A stretch of 62,000 bases of DNA, taken from contig NC_087252.1 in NCBI RefSeq assembly GCF_037042905.1, positions 992,001 through 1,054,000 of the forward strand. Direction: 5' to 3'. Shown here piece by piece: positions 50,401-61,671 of the stretch. The stretch comes from Lytechinus pictus. Taxonomy: Eukaryota. Numbering within the stretch: the first letter of the stretch is position 1; each line of letters begins with the position of its first letter. Made by a program: the position numbers and the translations under genes. The notes under the pieces were generated by a model that worked only from the letters and a program-made list of their open reading frames with translations, did no database searches and was not told the DNA's origin.

Positions 50401-53400
50401 CATTTGATCTTTTTATCTAATTACATATGGCCGCATTTAAACTGTATTTTCTATGACATTTTTTTTTAAAGGCGCTGTGAAAAGAAAAATGCCTTCTTTG
50501 TACAACTTTGCATCTGCATTTATCGAGTGAAAAATTATGAGAAACAAGTGTTAAAGTTACCACTTTCAAACACCTTTTCTATATATTATTTCATATGTCC
50601 TCTACAACCTGAAGAGGTTAATAATGTATGAGTGGTTTATTAAAATTATTTAGTTTCTTCCTTTCTCTCTTCTGTCACAGACGTCGCACCCGACTGCGGA
50701 TCAAGTGACCTAAGTTTCTCACACTCCTGCTACGTCTTTCACGAAACAAAGTCCAATTTCTCCTCTGCAAGACAGTCGTGCGAAAGTGTTCATGGACAGC
50801 ATCTCGTCTTCATAGGGTCTTACGAGGAACAGGAATTCCTGGAGGCGAACCTTCCAAACGATGGGGAAGGGTATTGGATAGGACTATCTAGTGTAACCTG
50901 GTTGGATGGGTCTGGTCTGACGTACAACAACTTTGGCGGCCCATACATTTCCGACTTTAATAATGACGGGGATGAATTTCGTCTGGTAGAGGGTTCTCGA
51001 GAATGGCATGACACGTGGAATGACTATATTTTCCGTTTCATCTGTGAGAGCGACTCACGTGAGTACTATAATACTAAACTACTGCTGGGAAAACAGATTG
51101 TCTCACACAGTGTGCTACAAAAGTGTGTTCGCAGTGTGATCACAATGTTGAACATTGTGTTCACAGTGTGTTGTATCCACAGTGTGCATGTTAACAGTGC
51201 GTCCCCAGAGTGTTTTCACAGTGTGTTCATAGCGTTGTCCCCAAGAGTGTGTTAATAGTGTGTTCAGTGTATCCGCAGTGTGTTCACAGTTTGTTGTGTC
51301 CAAAGTGTGCATGTTAACAGTGTGTCTCCAGAGTGTGTTCATGGTGTGTCACAAGTTTGTTCGCCGTGTGTTCACAGTGTTTCCCCAGAGTGCGTTCACA
51401 GTGTGTTCATGGGGGTGTTTACAATGTGTTTATGGTGTGCATGTCAATAGTGTGTTCACAGTGTGTTCACGGTGTGTCGCAGTGTGTTCACAGTGTGTCA
51501 TTCAGAGTGTGCTCACATGGTATTTCCAGTGTGTCCTTCAGAGTGTACCCACAGTGTTAATCACTTTGTGAAATCACATTTACACTATTAAGCGTTTCAA
51601 AGGCGCATTATCGTCTGTTTTCACGAGGAATCTGACACCATTCGGCTATAATTCACCCAGAGAAGAACGACATTTTGACCAGTAGACGCTATGCAATACC
51701 ACTGGGTAATGCATCAAAGTATTACAATGGCAATAACAGTGTGAACCACATTTTCACTTCCGCCGTGTCCACAGTCTGGAATAATGTCCACACTAATAAA
51801 TTTGAGCATTTATACAGTTTGATTACCACATTGACATAGTTCAACACACAATGTAGACACACTGTCATGACTGCTAACATACTGTGGGGGCAGTGTGTAT
51901 ACTAACATAGTGTATGATTATATAATGTTTTATCGGTCGGTGGTGGTGAAGCTGCCTACTGAAACTAATCAATATGATGTGTTGGGTTTTTTTCATTTGT
52001 ATTTTCCTTATTTTATTTGTTAAAATATGAACCTCTATTTTTTGCAGCATGTAGTGAAATGAATGAAATAGAGCAAAACGGTTCCTGTTACTTCTTCTCT
52101 AACCATGCTGACTCTAAGAGGGACTTTTTCCAGGCTGACGATTTCTGTAAGATCCTTGAGATGAATCTGGTGTCAATTGGATCACAGGAAGAGCAAGACT
52201 TCCTGGTCAGTCATCTTGATGATAACGAAGACTATTGGATTGGTTTGCGTGGAATATCCTGGCTCGATGGCACATCTCTTGTCTATAATAACTTTCCGTA
52301 TTACGATTCTGCTTTTGATGACGACGGTCGCTGCTTCTTTATGCATCCATCAGATCTGCTGTGGTACGACGAGAGCTGTTCCGCTAGCAGCCATTACGTA
52401 TGTGAAAAGGAAATCGGTAAGTCGTATGTATCATTAGGAAGAAGAACCAAGTGTTCTTTCTGGTTCATGTTGGTTTGGTCTACAAGCAGGTGGTCATTTG
52501 GTATTATTCTCAGATTGTCGAATTCCACATTGACTTTATAGCTCACTGTCAATTTGCTCTAATGGCCGCTTGATCTACACTTGATTTAATACATACCACT
52601 TAGTCTAATTTTCATTTAAGCCTATTCTAATGCACAGTAGTGGAAATTTTCACTTATTTAATAATCTAGGCTACTCATAAGCTTCTTACTTTGCCAATTG
52701 AAACTTGTTTCACTAACAGTTACTCGAACTCTACAGACTGGTTCGTGTTAAACGAAGTGGATATAAAGCAAGAACTTTAAAGGGGTGAATCCTAACTAGA
52801 TATTAACAAAAAATAGCAAGTGATAGGCTTAAAAAGGAAAAGTGAAAATTTTAATAAATGTTAGTTATCAGCTGGTAGTAGGTAAAAAAATATAGCGTTG
52901 TTGCGATGCATTTAGATTATCTGGTATTTAAAATGACGTGAGGTTGAATATACGAAGAAAGAATTACGACATTGTCCAAACATTTTGGAGAAACGCTTTT
53001 CACATCTAATGTCAAAGACCAATGGCGTATCCCTTACGAAGAAAAGTTCAACGACCAAGAGAAATGATAGATAAGGAAAGGGAAAAGGGTGAAAGGTGGA
53101 GTTATATCCTGTATATCAAAATCTCAAAATTACGTCTTCGCTGCTCGCGACTCTTTGGTTATACGCCAATGGTCAGGGCGGTTTCATCTCATTTTCCGAA
53201 TACATCGGTGTTCACAAAATGTATCTTTTCAAAGAAGTTATTTGGATTCAATTAAGTGATACAAGCTTTATAAATTTTCTGAGAAACACCGCCTATTAGA
53301 AGCTTATTTTCATTTTATTGTGCAGGGGAAACCTCTACTGACGGAGAGCCAGTACAGACTTCTGATTCGCCACCCAGCAAAGGTAAATGGCTATAGCCCA

Positions 53401-56147
53401 ACAGTTACTTTTAAATCATCCATTACACCTTGGATATCATTAGTTTTGGATGACCCCCCCCCCCCCCGAAGATCCATAGTAAATGATCACCCTATAACCA
53501 ATATTATACAACTCCAGATAATGTTCTGTAATCTGATCGGTCCAAATCGGATCACGTGATATTTAGCGAATTGCACTATAGCATCCAAAATGCACTATCC
53601 TGCACTCTGACGTCATACCAAATGCACTATCCTGCACTCTGACGTCAGAGTGCAATATAGTGCGAGGTCTGGAATTATCTAGAATTTAGATAAAACATAG
53701 CATTCGGGGGAGGGGAGGTTGTATTAAACAAACAATGCACGCATTCTTGTGCATAGAGGACCTAAATAATGAACTCTGTGCTCGACTCGCCAAATGGATA
53801 CAGCGCACTCGGTCCTGCGGACCTCGGTGCGGTATATCCATTGGCTCTTCTCGCACATCGTTCATTATTTGGCCCTGCATGCACGCGCTTACGTGTATGG
53901 CGCGCCGTTTGATCAATAATTCAGATAAACACTGTTTATCGCCGATAAACAGTGTTTATCGCCGATAAACACTGTTTATCGAGCGATAAACACTGTTTAT
54001 CAAGCGATAAACAGTGTTTATCGAGAGAAACTATGTTTATCGACTGAAAAACACAGTTTCTCTCGATAAACAGTGTTTATCGCCGAAAAACACTGTTTAT
54101 CGCCGATAAACACTGTTTATCGCCGATAAACACTGTTTTTCGGCGATAAACAATGTTTATCAAGCGATAAACACTGTTTATCGAGAGAAACTGTGTTTTT
54201 CAGTCGATAAACATAGTTTCTCTCGATAAACAGTGTTTATCGCTTGATAAACATTGTTTATCGCCGATAAACAGTGTTTTTCGGCGATAAACACTGTTTA
54301 TCGAGAGAAACTATGTTTTTCGACTGATAAACACAGTTTCTCTCGATAAACAGTGTTTATCGGCGATAAACACTGTTTTTCGGCGATAAACACTGTTTAT
54401 CTGATTTATTGGGCAAATGGCGCGCACTTATGGCGCGCCGTTTGACCAATAATTCAGATAAACACTGTTTATCGCCGATAAACAGTGTTTATCGCCGAAA
54501 AACACTGTTTATCGAGCGATAAACACTGTTTATCAAGCGATAAACAGTGTTTATCGAGAGAAACTATGTTTATCGACTGAAAAACACAGTTTCTCTCGAT
54601 AAACAGTGTTTATCGCCGAAAAACACTGTTTATCGCCGATAAACACTGTTTATCGAGAGAAACTGTGTTTATCAGTCGAAAAACATAGTTTCTCTCGATA
54701 AACACTGTTTATCGCCGATAAACACTGTTTTTCGGCGATAAACAATGTTTATCAAGCGATAAACACTGTTTATCGAGAGAAACTGTGTTTTTCAGTCGAT
54801 AAACATAGTTTCTCCCGATAAACAGTGTTTATCGCTTGATAAACATTGTTTATCGCCGATAAACAGTGTTTTTCGGCGATAAACACTGTTTATCGAGAGA
54901 AACTGTGTTTTTCAGTCGATAAACATAGTTTCTCTCGATAAACAGTGTTTATCGCTTGATAAACACTGTTTATCGCTCGATAAACAGTGTTTTTCGGCGA
55001 TAAACACTGTTTATCGGCGATAAACAGTGTTTATCGGCGATAAACAGTGTTTATTTGAATTATTGGTCAAACGGCGCGCCATATACGTGCATTGTTTGTA
55101 CAATAATTATAATAGATAATAATAACAATATGTCCATTTATATAGCGCAGTTACTATGTGCATATATACTCAACTGCGCTTTGATACTTGGTATCATATT
55201 ATTACCCCGGCTGTAGCTAAGCCGCCATATTAATAGGCGCTGAAGGGTTCAAGGAATAAATCCTACCGGGTACCCATTCACCTCACCTGGGTCGTGTGCA
55301 GCACAATGTGGATAAATTTCTTGCCGAAGGAAATTACGCCATGGCTGGGATACGAACCCACGACCCTCTGTTTCAAAGTCCGGAGACTAATCCACTGGGC
55401 CACAACGCTCCACAATGATAATGATAACGCAGTTCTTGTACAGCGCATATCACATTATGACAGAACGTCCCTATGCGCTTCCTAAAAGACTTGGCTATTT
55501 ATACTATCCTGGCTTTAACAGCGCGGAGGTATATCAAGCAATATATTTCTACCAGGTACCAATTCACCTCACCTGGGTCGAGTGCAGCACAATGTTGATG
55601 AATTTCTTGCCGACTCGGGTAATTACGCCATGGCTAGGATTCAAACCCACGACCCTCTGTTTCAAAGTCATAAGACTAATCCACTGGGCCACAACGCTCT
55701 TTAGATGAAATAAATGTGAGAACATGGCAACCCGGTGACATCTTTAGAATTTTTGTAATAGTCTGAGATGTAAGAATATCCCTTAGATTAATGTGTGCAC
55801 TCAACATGCCTTATGCTATAATATATGCTCCTTCTTTTTATTTTTCCACGTGTTGTCCTAACATCACTAACGCCTTCATATGCATTTTGCTTTATATAGG
55901 CCACGGGAGATCAATGTCCATCAAACTTGTTGCTGATGATTCTATTCTCAAGAAACCTCATGTGCTTGCTTCACACCGTGTATCATCAGTGAGTAGATGC
56001 GCTATACGATGCCTTGCCGAAGAGAGTTGTTCCTGCTTCACCTTCATCGAACAAGAGAGGGCGTGCTTACTTGCTGTTGCTTGCGATACTGGCGACGGGG
56101 TGAACTATGAGCCGATGCAAGGGGCTCGAACATATTCGAAAGTGTAG
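47363..56147 (+). CDS. Secreted 4x C-type lectin domain + PAN/Apple-like protein, paralog 2; join(47363..47435,49213..49563,49966..50325,50681..51058,52048..52416,55900..56147), ~592 aa
   Basis: Same exon order and phases as paralog 1; each domain is most like its positional counterpart; frame open throughout. Confidence 0.85.
48315..48594 (-). mobile_element. tRNA-derived SINE copy
   Basis: B box (ggttcgattcc on minus strand) and shared core. Confidence 0.75.
49213..49563 (+). CDS. Paralog 2 CTLD exon A
   Basis: ACESHLTEFEGSCYYF...FICEKQG, donor GTAAGT; 351 nt like exon A of paralog 1. Confidence 0.9.
49966..50325 (+). CDS. Paralog 2 CTLD exon B (atypical acceptor)
   Basis: CGQDLPLLHEENAGSCYHF...WSFGWED..C.NMHYYICEK. 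Confidence 0.78.
50681..51058 (+). CDS. Paralog 2 CTLD exon C
   Basis: PDCGSSDLSFSHSCYVF...EGYWIGLSSVTWLDG...FICESDS, donor GTGAGT. Confidence 0.9.
51100..51900. repeat. CACAGTGTGTT-rich degenerate satellite or MITE-like repeat
   Basis: Many short cacagtgtg repeats; boundaries unclear. Confidence 0.55.
52048..52416 (+). CDS. Paralog 2 CTLD exon D
   Basis: CSEMNEIEQNGSCYFF...YVCEKEI, donor GTAAGT. Confidence 0.9.
53504..55105 (+). mobile_element. Third Crypton-like hairpin element, split by a fold-back insertion
   Basis: atacaactcc (53506) / ggaggttgtat (53714); hairpin stem aaacaatgcacg...cgtgcattgttt with apex CTCGGTCCTGCGGACCTCG. Confidence 0.55.
53896..55083. mobile_element. Fold-back element, TATG...CATA ends, 6-bp TSD TACGTG (IS3EU-like), internal ~20-bp palindromic array; head-to-tail dimer
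   Basis: TIR TATGGCGCGCCGTTTGA(T/C)CAATAATTC; TSD at 53890-53895 and 55084-55089; second left TIR at 54429; core GATAAACA(C/G)TGTTTATC. Confidence 0.85.
55125..55413 (-). mobile_element. tRNA-derived SINE copy
   Basis: Minus-strand A box TGGCCCAGTGG, B box GGTTCGTATCC, shared core. Confidence 0.8.
55425..55698 (-). mobile_element. tRNA-derived SINE copy, tandem with the previous one
   Basis: Same head and core, different tail. Confidence 0.8.
55900..56147 (+). CDS. Paralog 2 terminal PAN/Apple-like exon
   Basis: GHGRSMSIKLV..RCAIRCLAEESCSCFTF..ACLL, TAG at 56145. Confidence 0.82.
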
Positions 56148-56567
56148 ATTTAAGTGACTAATGATACAAGCAAGATTCAATTTTAAGAAGTACAAGTCGA
56201 ACTAGATCAAGTCTGAAGTCATATTATTTCTTAAGTGGGCAACGAATAAGAATGCATGCTGCAACCTTCGTAGAACACACTAAATTATCTATGATGTACA
56301 TTTATAAGACGTATCGCATTGTCATCTTTAGTCGGTGTAAGAATCCTTAGTCTAGCGAAATGCCTTAATAATCACTATGACTGTCTTGTATTCCAACAAT
56401 GACACTCCATTTTTTAATAACTTAAATCCGTAAGAGGTCCTAACATGAACCAATATAATTTCCCCTTCGGTATATTAGGCTTCTTTTCAAAATTAACGTT
56501 TGAGATAAATAAAATCAAGCGATGAATGAATTCAAAGCTAATATCCATTATTTGTATTGTTCAAATT

Positions 56568-57165
56568 GTAATAATAATAAATAATAATAATAGTACATTT
56601 CTTAAAAACGCATAACACCTACAGGTCTCTATGCGCGATTGACTAAATCAAACATTCTGAAAGAGGTGGGTTTTTAATTGAACTTTGAATTTCTCAAGCT
56701 GGGTAATATTTCTTAATGTCGGTGGTAAAGAATTCCATAGTGCTGGTGCAGCTTTCTGGAAAGCCCGATCCCCATATGATTTGGTCTTGACAGTAATTAC
56801 AGAGAGAAGATTTTGTGAGCCAGAACGGAGATTACGCTTGGGTTTATGAATCTGGACAAGTTCTTGAAGATAAGCAGGGGCAATACCATGAATACATTTG
56901 AATGTTAATATGAGAAGTTTATATTTGATCCTTGATCGAATGGGTAGCCAGTGAAGGTCAGATAAGATAGGGGTGATGTGTTCAAATTTTTCTTTTCGAG
57001 TTATAAGTCTTGCAGCAGAATTTTGGATGTGTTGTAATTTATCAAGAAGCGATTCCTGTATTCCGAATAGTAAACTATTATTATTATCTAAGTGACTTAA
57101 GATGAAGGCATGTACTAACTTTTCTGTTGTTTTCCTATCAAGATATTTTCTCATTTTCCCAATTT
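56568..57165 (-). mobile_element. 3' fragment of an L2-like LINE
   Basis: ORF 56648..57154 (RKYLD..LVHAFI.S.LD..NSLL, LHWLPI, AP.LWNSLP); (ATT)n tail. Confidence 0.85.
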
Positions 57166-57432
57166 TGTCATGCTTAATCTAGCCCAATAGAGTTACATTA
57201 AAATCAATCGCTGGCACTTAGTACTTTGTTTAATTTATGTATTTGAATGTTTGAATACCGTTGAAATAATCGCTCTAATTTTGCAATGTTTATTATTGCT
57301 GTATTCGCAATTCGCATTGTTGACACATGTCATTTTGAATGTTTTCTTTCTATAAATATTATCTGTTATTGCATTCTCGTGTATAGGGGTTCCATGGAAG
57401 ATCAAATGTTGTTGAATGGGCTACCCTTTATT

Positions 57433-57560
57433 TGAAGAGTTTAGTTGCAAAAGGGGTTAGGTCCACTTTGGACCATTCCGAGAAAAACCATGTTTTTATT
57501 CTCACTTATTGCAATATTCTTATGAGAAACTAAATTATCATGATGTGCTACCCTATCAAA
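57433..57560 (+). mobile_element. Left end of the TGAAGAG TIR element (as at 2723)
   Basis: Near-identical to 2723-2850. Confidence 0.75.
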
Positions 57561-57921
57561 AATTAAAAAAAGTATTTTGTAAGCTGCACTTTTTTCAAAA
57601 TCCATGTCATTTTCATCAAATTCGGCTAAATTGTAGAGGAATGCATATCAAAGGTGTAGGGAAGTAAAAAATATGGGGTCCATGTGCTCGTTTTTTAACT
57701 ATGAGTGTTCAAAGTGATGCGAGTTGGCATGAAAATCGCCCAAATGCGCCCAAAACGTGCAAAAGTCTAATAATGCCGTCTAAAATGCGAATGGTTCCGT
57801 AGTTTTGCCCCCAAACATTCAAAATCCATGTCATTTTCATCATACTCTCCAGATTTGTAGAAGAATATATTCTGAAGACATTAAAATATTAAAAATATGG
57901 GGTCCATGTGCTCGTTTTTAA

Positions 57922-58856
57922 GGACGTTCCACAGTTAAAGTGAAATCCATGTCATTTTCACCAAACTTTGCACATAGATACTTTAGAACCTTAATATTCG
58001 AAATATGCAAAAATTAACATAGGTCCATGTGCTTGATTTTTTGCTATAGAGCTTCAAAGTTCACCCAAATTGATGTTCTTAAGAATTGCGCATTCAAAAT
58101 AATTTGGCATTTTTAGACCGCCCAAGATTACTACAATGAGTTTAAACCTCCATTACTCATTCAAAATACATGAAAAAGTCATCAAATTTCGCAAGAGAGT
58201 TAATAATTGTATCGTTAGAATGGAGAATCTATTAATAGTGCTATTTGTTTGCAATTTTAAGTTTAACAGCACTGTCAGTTCTTAAAAATGGCGTAAAAGA
58301 TAACAAAATCCCAATCTGAAAAATGTAAAATTTCAGTAACAAAATACAAACGTACAATAAATGCTGCACTTTATTCAAAATCCATGTCATTGTCACCAAA
58401 ATTTGCAGAGTTGTAGAGGAAGGTATACCTAAGAGGTAGAAACATTAAAAAATAGGGGTTCATGTGCTTGTTTTTAAACTATCAGCATTTTTATTAGAGC
58501 AAATGTGCTTTTTAAAACACCAAAAATGGGCCGAATGCTTAGTATCTATGTGAAGAAAAAATTAAAACCACTCTACCATTTATTCAAACTCGGGCTAATA
58601 TTCGTGATTCTTGGCAGCACTGCAGAGTAAAGTATTTTGAAATTGTAGAGAATATTTTTTTGAATGGTCCATGGAATAATTCAATTTTTTAGCTTCATGA
58701 AATAACGCATCGGATCTGCAGTTAAAGTGCAGAAGACGAGAAGAATCAGCTCATACCCGCAGCTAATTAATACCTGTTCATCCATTGTGACTTCAGCGCG
58801 CAGAGTGTAAACTATGCGCAGATCATAATGCGCACAAATATAACTGTGGAACGTCC
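57922..58856 (-). mobile_element. Second copy of the TTAA-TSD (Kolobok-like) MITE
   Basis: TTAA|GGACGTTCCACAGTTA...TAACTGTGGAACGTCC|TTAA; inverse of 30755-31690. Confidence 0.88.
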
Positions 58857-58867
58857 TTAAACTATCT

Positions 58868-59293
58868 GGCCCGAATTCACAAAGGTGGTTTTGAAAACCA
58901 CACATGGTTGAGTCCATGGTTTATGCAGATTTCCTGTATAAATTACGCTTAATTTAGCGCGTGTATAAAAAATGTCCAATACTGATGCACGTTTTTGTCA
59001 CAATGCGCCAAATTGATGCCTGTTACCATGGTTGGATACGCTATTTTATTCATGAGTCCACTGTTTGAAGAGTGGACTCATGAATAAAAACAGTGGACTC
59101 ATGAATAAAATAGCGTATCTAACCATGGTAAAAGGCGTAAAATTGGCGCACTGTGACAAAAGCGCGCATCAGAATTGGACATTTTTTATTCACGCACCAG
59201 ATACGCACTAAATTAAGCGTAATCTATACAGGAAATCTGCATAAACCATGGACTCAACCGTGGGTTTTCAAAACCACCTTTGTAAATTCGGGC
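58868..59293. mobile_element. ~425-bp near-complete palindromic (fold-back) MITE, GGCCCGAATT ends
   Basis: Arms are reverse complements over ~190 bp. Confidence 0.85.
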
Positions 59294-61134
59294 TTAGTCT
59301 CTAAACTGTTGCGAGTTGGCTTGAAAATCGCCTAAAAAGCGCCGAAAACATGCAAAGTCTCTTAATACCCTCTAAAATGCAAATGGTTCCATATTTCGCT
59401 CCAAAACATTCAAAATCCATGTCATTTTCATCATACTCTAGATTTTTAGAGGAATATATTCTAAAGACATTTAAATATTAAAAATATGGGGTCCATGTGC
59501 TCGTTTTTAAACTATCAGTGTCCAAAATGTTGCGAGTTGGCTTGAAAATATTGAAATCCACCTAAAATGCGCCGAAAACGTGCAAAAGTCTAATAATACC
59601 GTCTAAAATGCGAATGGCTCCGTAGTTTTGCCCCCAAACATTCAAAATCCATGTCATTTTCATCATACTCTCCAGATTTGTAGAAGAATATATTCTAAAG
59701 ACATTAAAATATTAAAAATATGAGGTCCATGTGCTCGTTTTTAAACTATCAGTGTCTAAACTGTTGTGAGTTGGCTTGAAAATCGCCTAAAAAGCGCCGA
59801 AAATATGCAAAAGTCTCTAAATACCCTCTAAAATGCAAATGGTTCCATATTTCGCTCCAAAACATTCAAAATCCATGTCATTTTCATCATACTCTCTAGA
59901 TTTGTAGAGGAATATATTGTGAAGACGTTAAAATATTAGAAATATGGGGTCCATTTGTTCGTTTTCAAATTATCAGTGTCCAAATTGTTGCGAGTTGGCT
60001 TAAAACAGTCTATAATGCGCCTAAAACGGGCAAAAGTCTAATACCATCCAAAATGACTAAAATACGAATGGTTCCTTAGTCCTGCTAACAAACATTCAAA
60101 ATCCATGTCATTTTCACCATACTCTCTAGATTTGTAGAGAAATATATTCTAAAGAAGTTAAGACATTACAAATTTGGGGTCCATGTGCTCGTTTTCAAAT
60201 TATCAGTGTCCAAAGCATTGCGCGTTGGCTTGAAACAGCCCAAAATGCACCGAAAACAAGCAAAAGTCTGTTAATACCGTCTAAAATGCGAGTGGTTTCG
60301 TAGTCTTGCTCCCAAACATTGAAAATCCATGTCGTTTTCATCATACTTTGCACATAGATACTTCAGCACCTGAATATTCCAAATATGCAAAAAATAACAT
60401 TGGACCTTGTGCTTGATTTTTTGCTATAGAGCTTAAAAGTTAACCCAAAATGGATGATGTTCTTAAGAATTGCGCATCCAAAAGAATTCGGCATTTTTAG
60501 ACCTCACGATATCACAACATTGAGATTAAAGCCCTATTACTCAGTCAAAATCCATGAAAATTTCATCAAATTTTGCAATATGATTAATAATTGTATCCGT
60601 AAGATGGATAATCTATCAATTGCTGTCAATTGTTTGCTCATTTAAGTCTAAGAACACTCTCAGTTCTTAGAAATTGCGGGAAAGATACTCAACCTCAAAA
60701 ATTTCAAATTTCAATAACAAGCTTGAGAAGTATAAGAAATGCTGCACTTTATTCAAAACCCATGTCATTTTCACCAAACTTTGCAAAGTTGTACAGTAAG
60801 GTATACCTAAGAGGTGCAAACATTAAAAAATATGGGTTCATGCGCTTGTTTTCAAACTATCAGCACTCTTATTAGAGCAAATTTACTTCTTAAAACACCC
60901 CAAAACGCGCCAAAAGCAGTATCTATGTGAGGAAAAATTCCGAACCACTTTTCCATTTATTCATACTGGGGGTTCATATTTATCATACTTTGCAGCACTA
61001 CAGAGAAACTATTTTGAAATTGTAGAGGAATTAAAAAAATGGTCCATGGAATAATTCCAGTTTATTGGCTTCATAAAATAACACATCAGATCTGCAGTTT
61101 AATAAATCAGCTCACATTACCTACAGCTGACTAA

Positions 61135-61585
61135 TACCGTGTTTACACTTAATCGGCATTTGAATCGGCTCGCGGTTCTGAACCGCGAGCTGATGCAGCA
61201 TCGGCTTTTTCATAGCGTGTAAACGCGAGTAACTTGCATCGGCTCGCGGTTCAGAACCGGCAATTCGCACCACCAAAGTAGTAGGTTCTGAACCGCGAGC
61301 CGATGCAGAATCGGCTTTTTTACTACGTGTAAACAGAAAGCCGATTCTGCACCGGCAATTTGTGCGCATTTCATTTACTTTACCATTGTGACGCAATTGT
61401 AAGCGCACGGATCCAGCATTGTCTTTATTATGACGTATAGTTTAGGTGTGCGTATCATTTCAGGTTTTTGCATCGGCTCGCGGTTCTGAACCGCGAGATG
61501 TAACAACGTGTAAACGCAAACCAAAAGCCGATTCTGCATTGGCTTTTGGTTCTGAACCAAAAGCCGATTAAGTGTAAACACGGTA
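61135..61585. mobile_element. Fold-back MITE TACCGTGTTTACACTTAATCGGC
   Basis: 23-bp perfect TIR; internal ctcgcggttctgaaccgcgag palindromes. Confidence 0.8.
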
Positions 61586-61671
61586 AAAATCACAAGTTCA
61601 TCCATTGTGACGCCAGCGCGCAGAGTGTAAAATATGCGCAGATCATATGTGTTCATATATATTCTCAAATG

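Larger units (their letters stand above)
57580..61650 (+). mobile_element. Long relative of the Kolobok-like MITE with an expanded ~224-232-bp tandem array, carrying three nested MITEs
   Basis: aaaatccatgtcattttcatca recurs at ~57597, 57821, 59412, 59644, 59868, 60098 and 60322; 60320-61650 is colinear with the 57922-58856 MITE. Confidence 0.7.

Noticed and set aside
53920..55060. CRISPR-like palindromic repeat array
   Set aside because: Spacers are only 3-4 nt and recurrent, there are no cas genes, and it lies inside a TIR element in a eukaryotic intron.
31736..56147. A single 8-CTLD mannose-receptor-like gene
   Set aside because: A stop codon and AATAAA follow the first PAN exon and a second signal-peptide exon starts at 47363; no TM or FN2 domain is seen.
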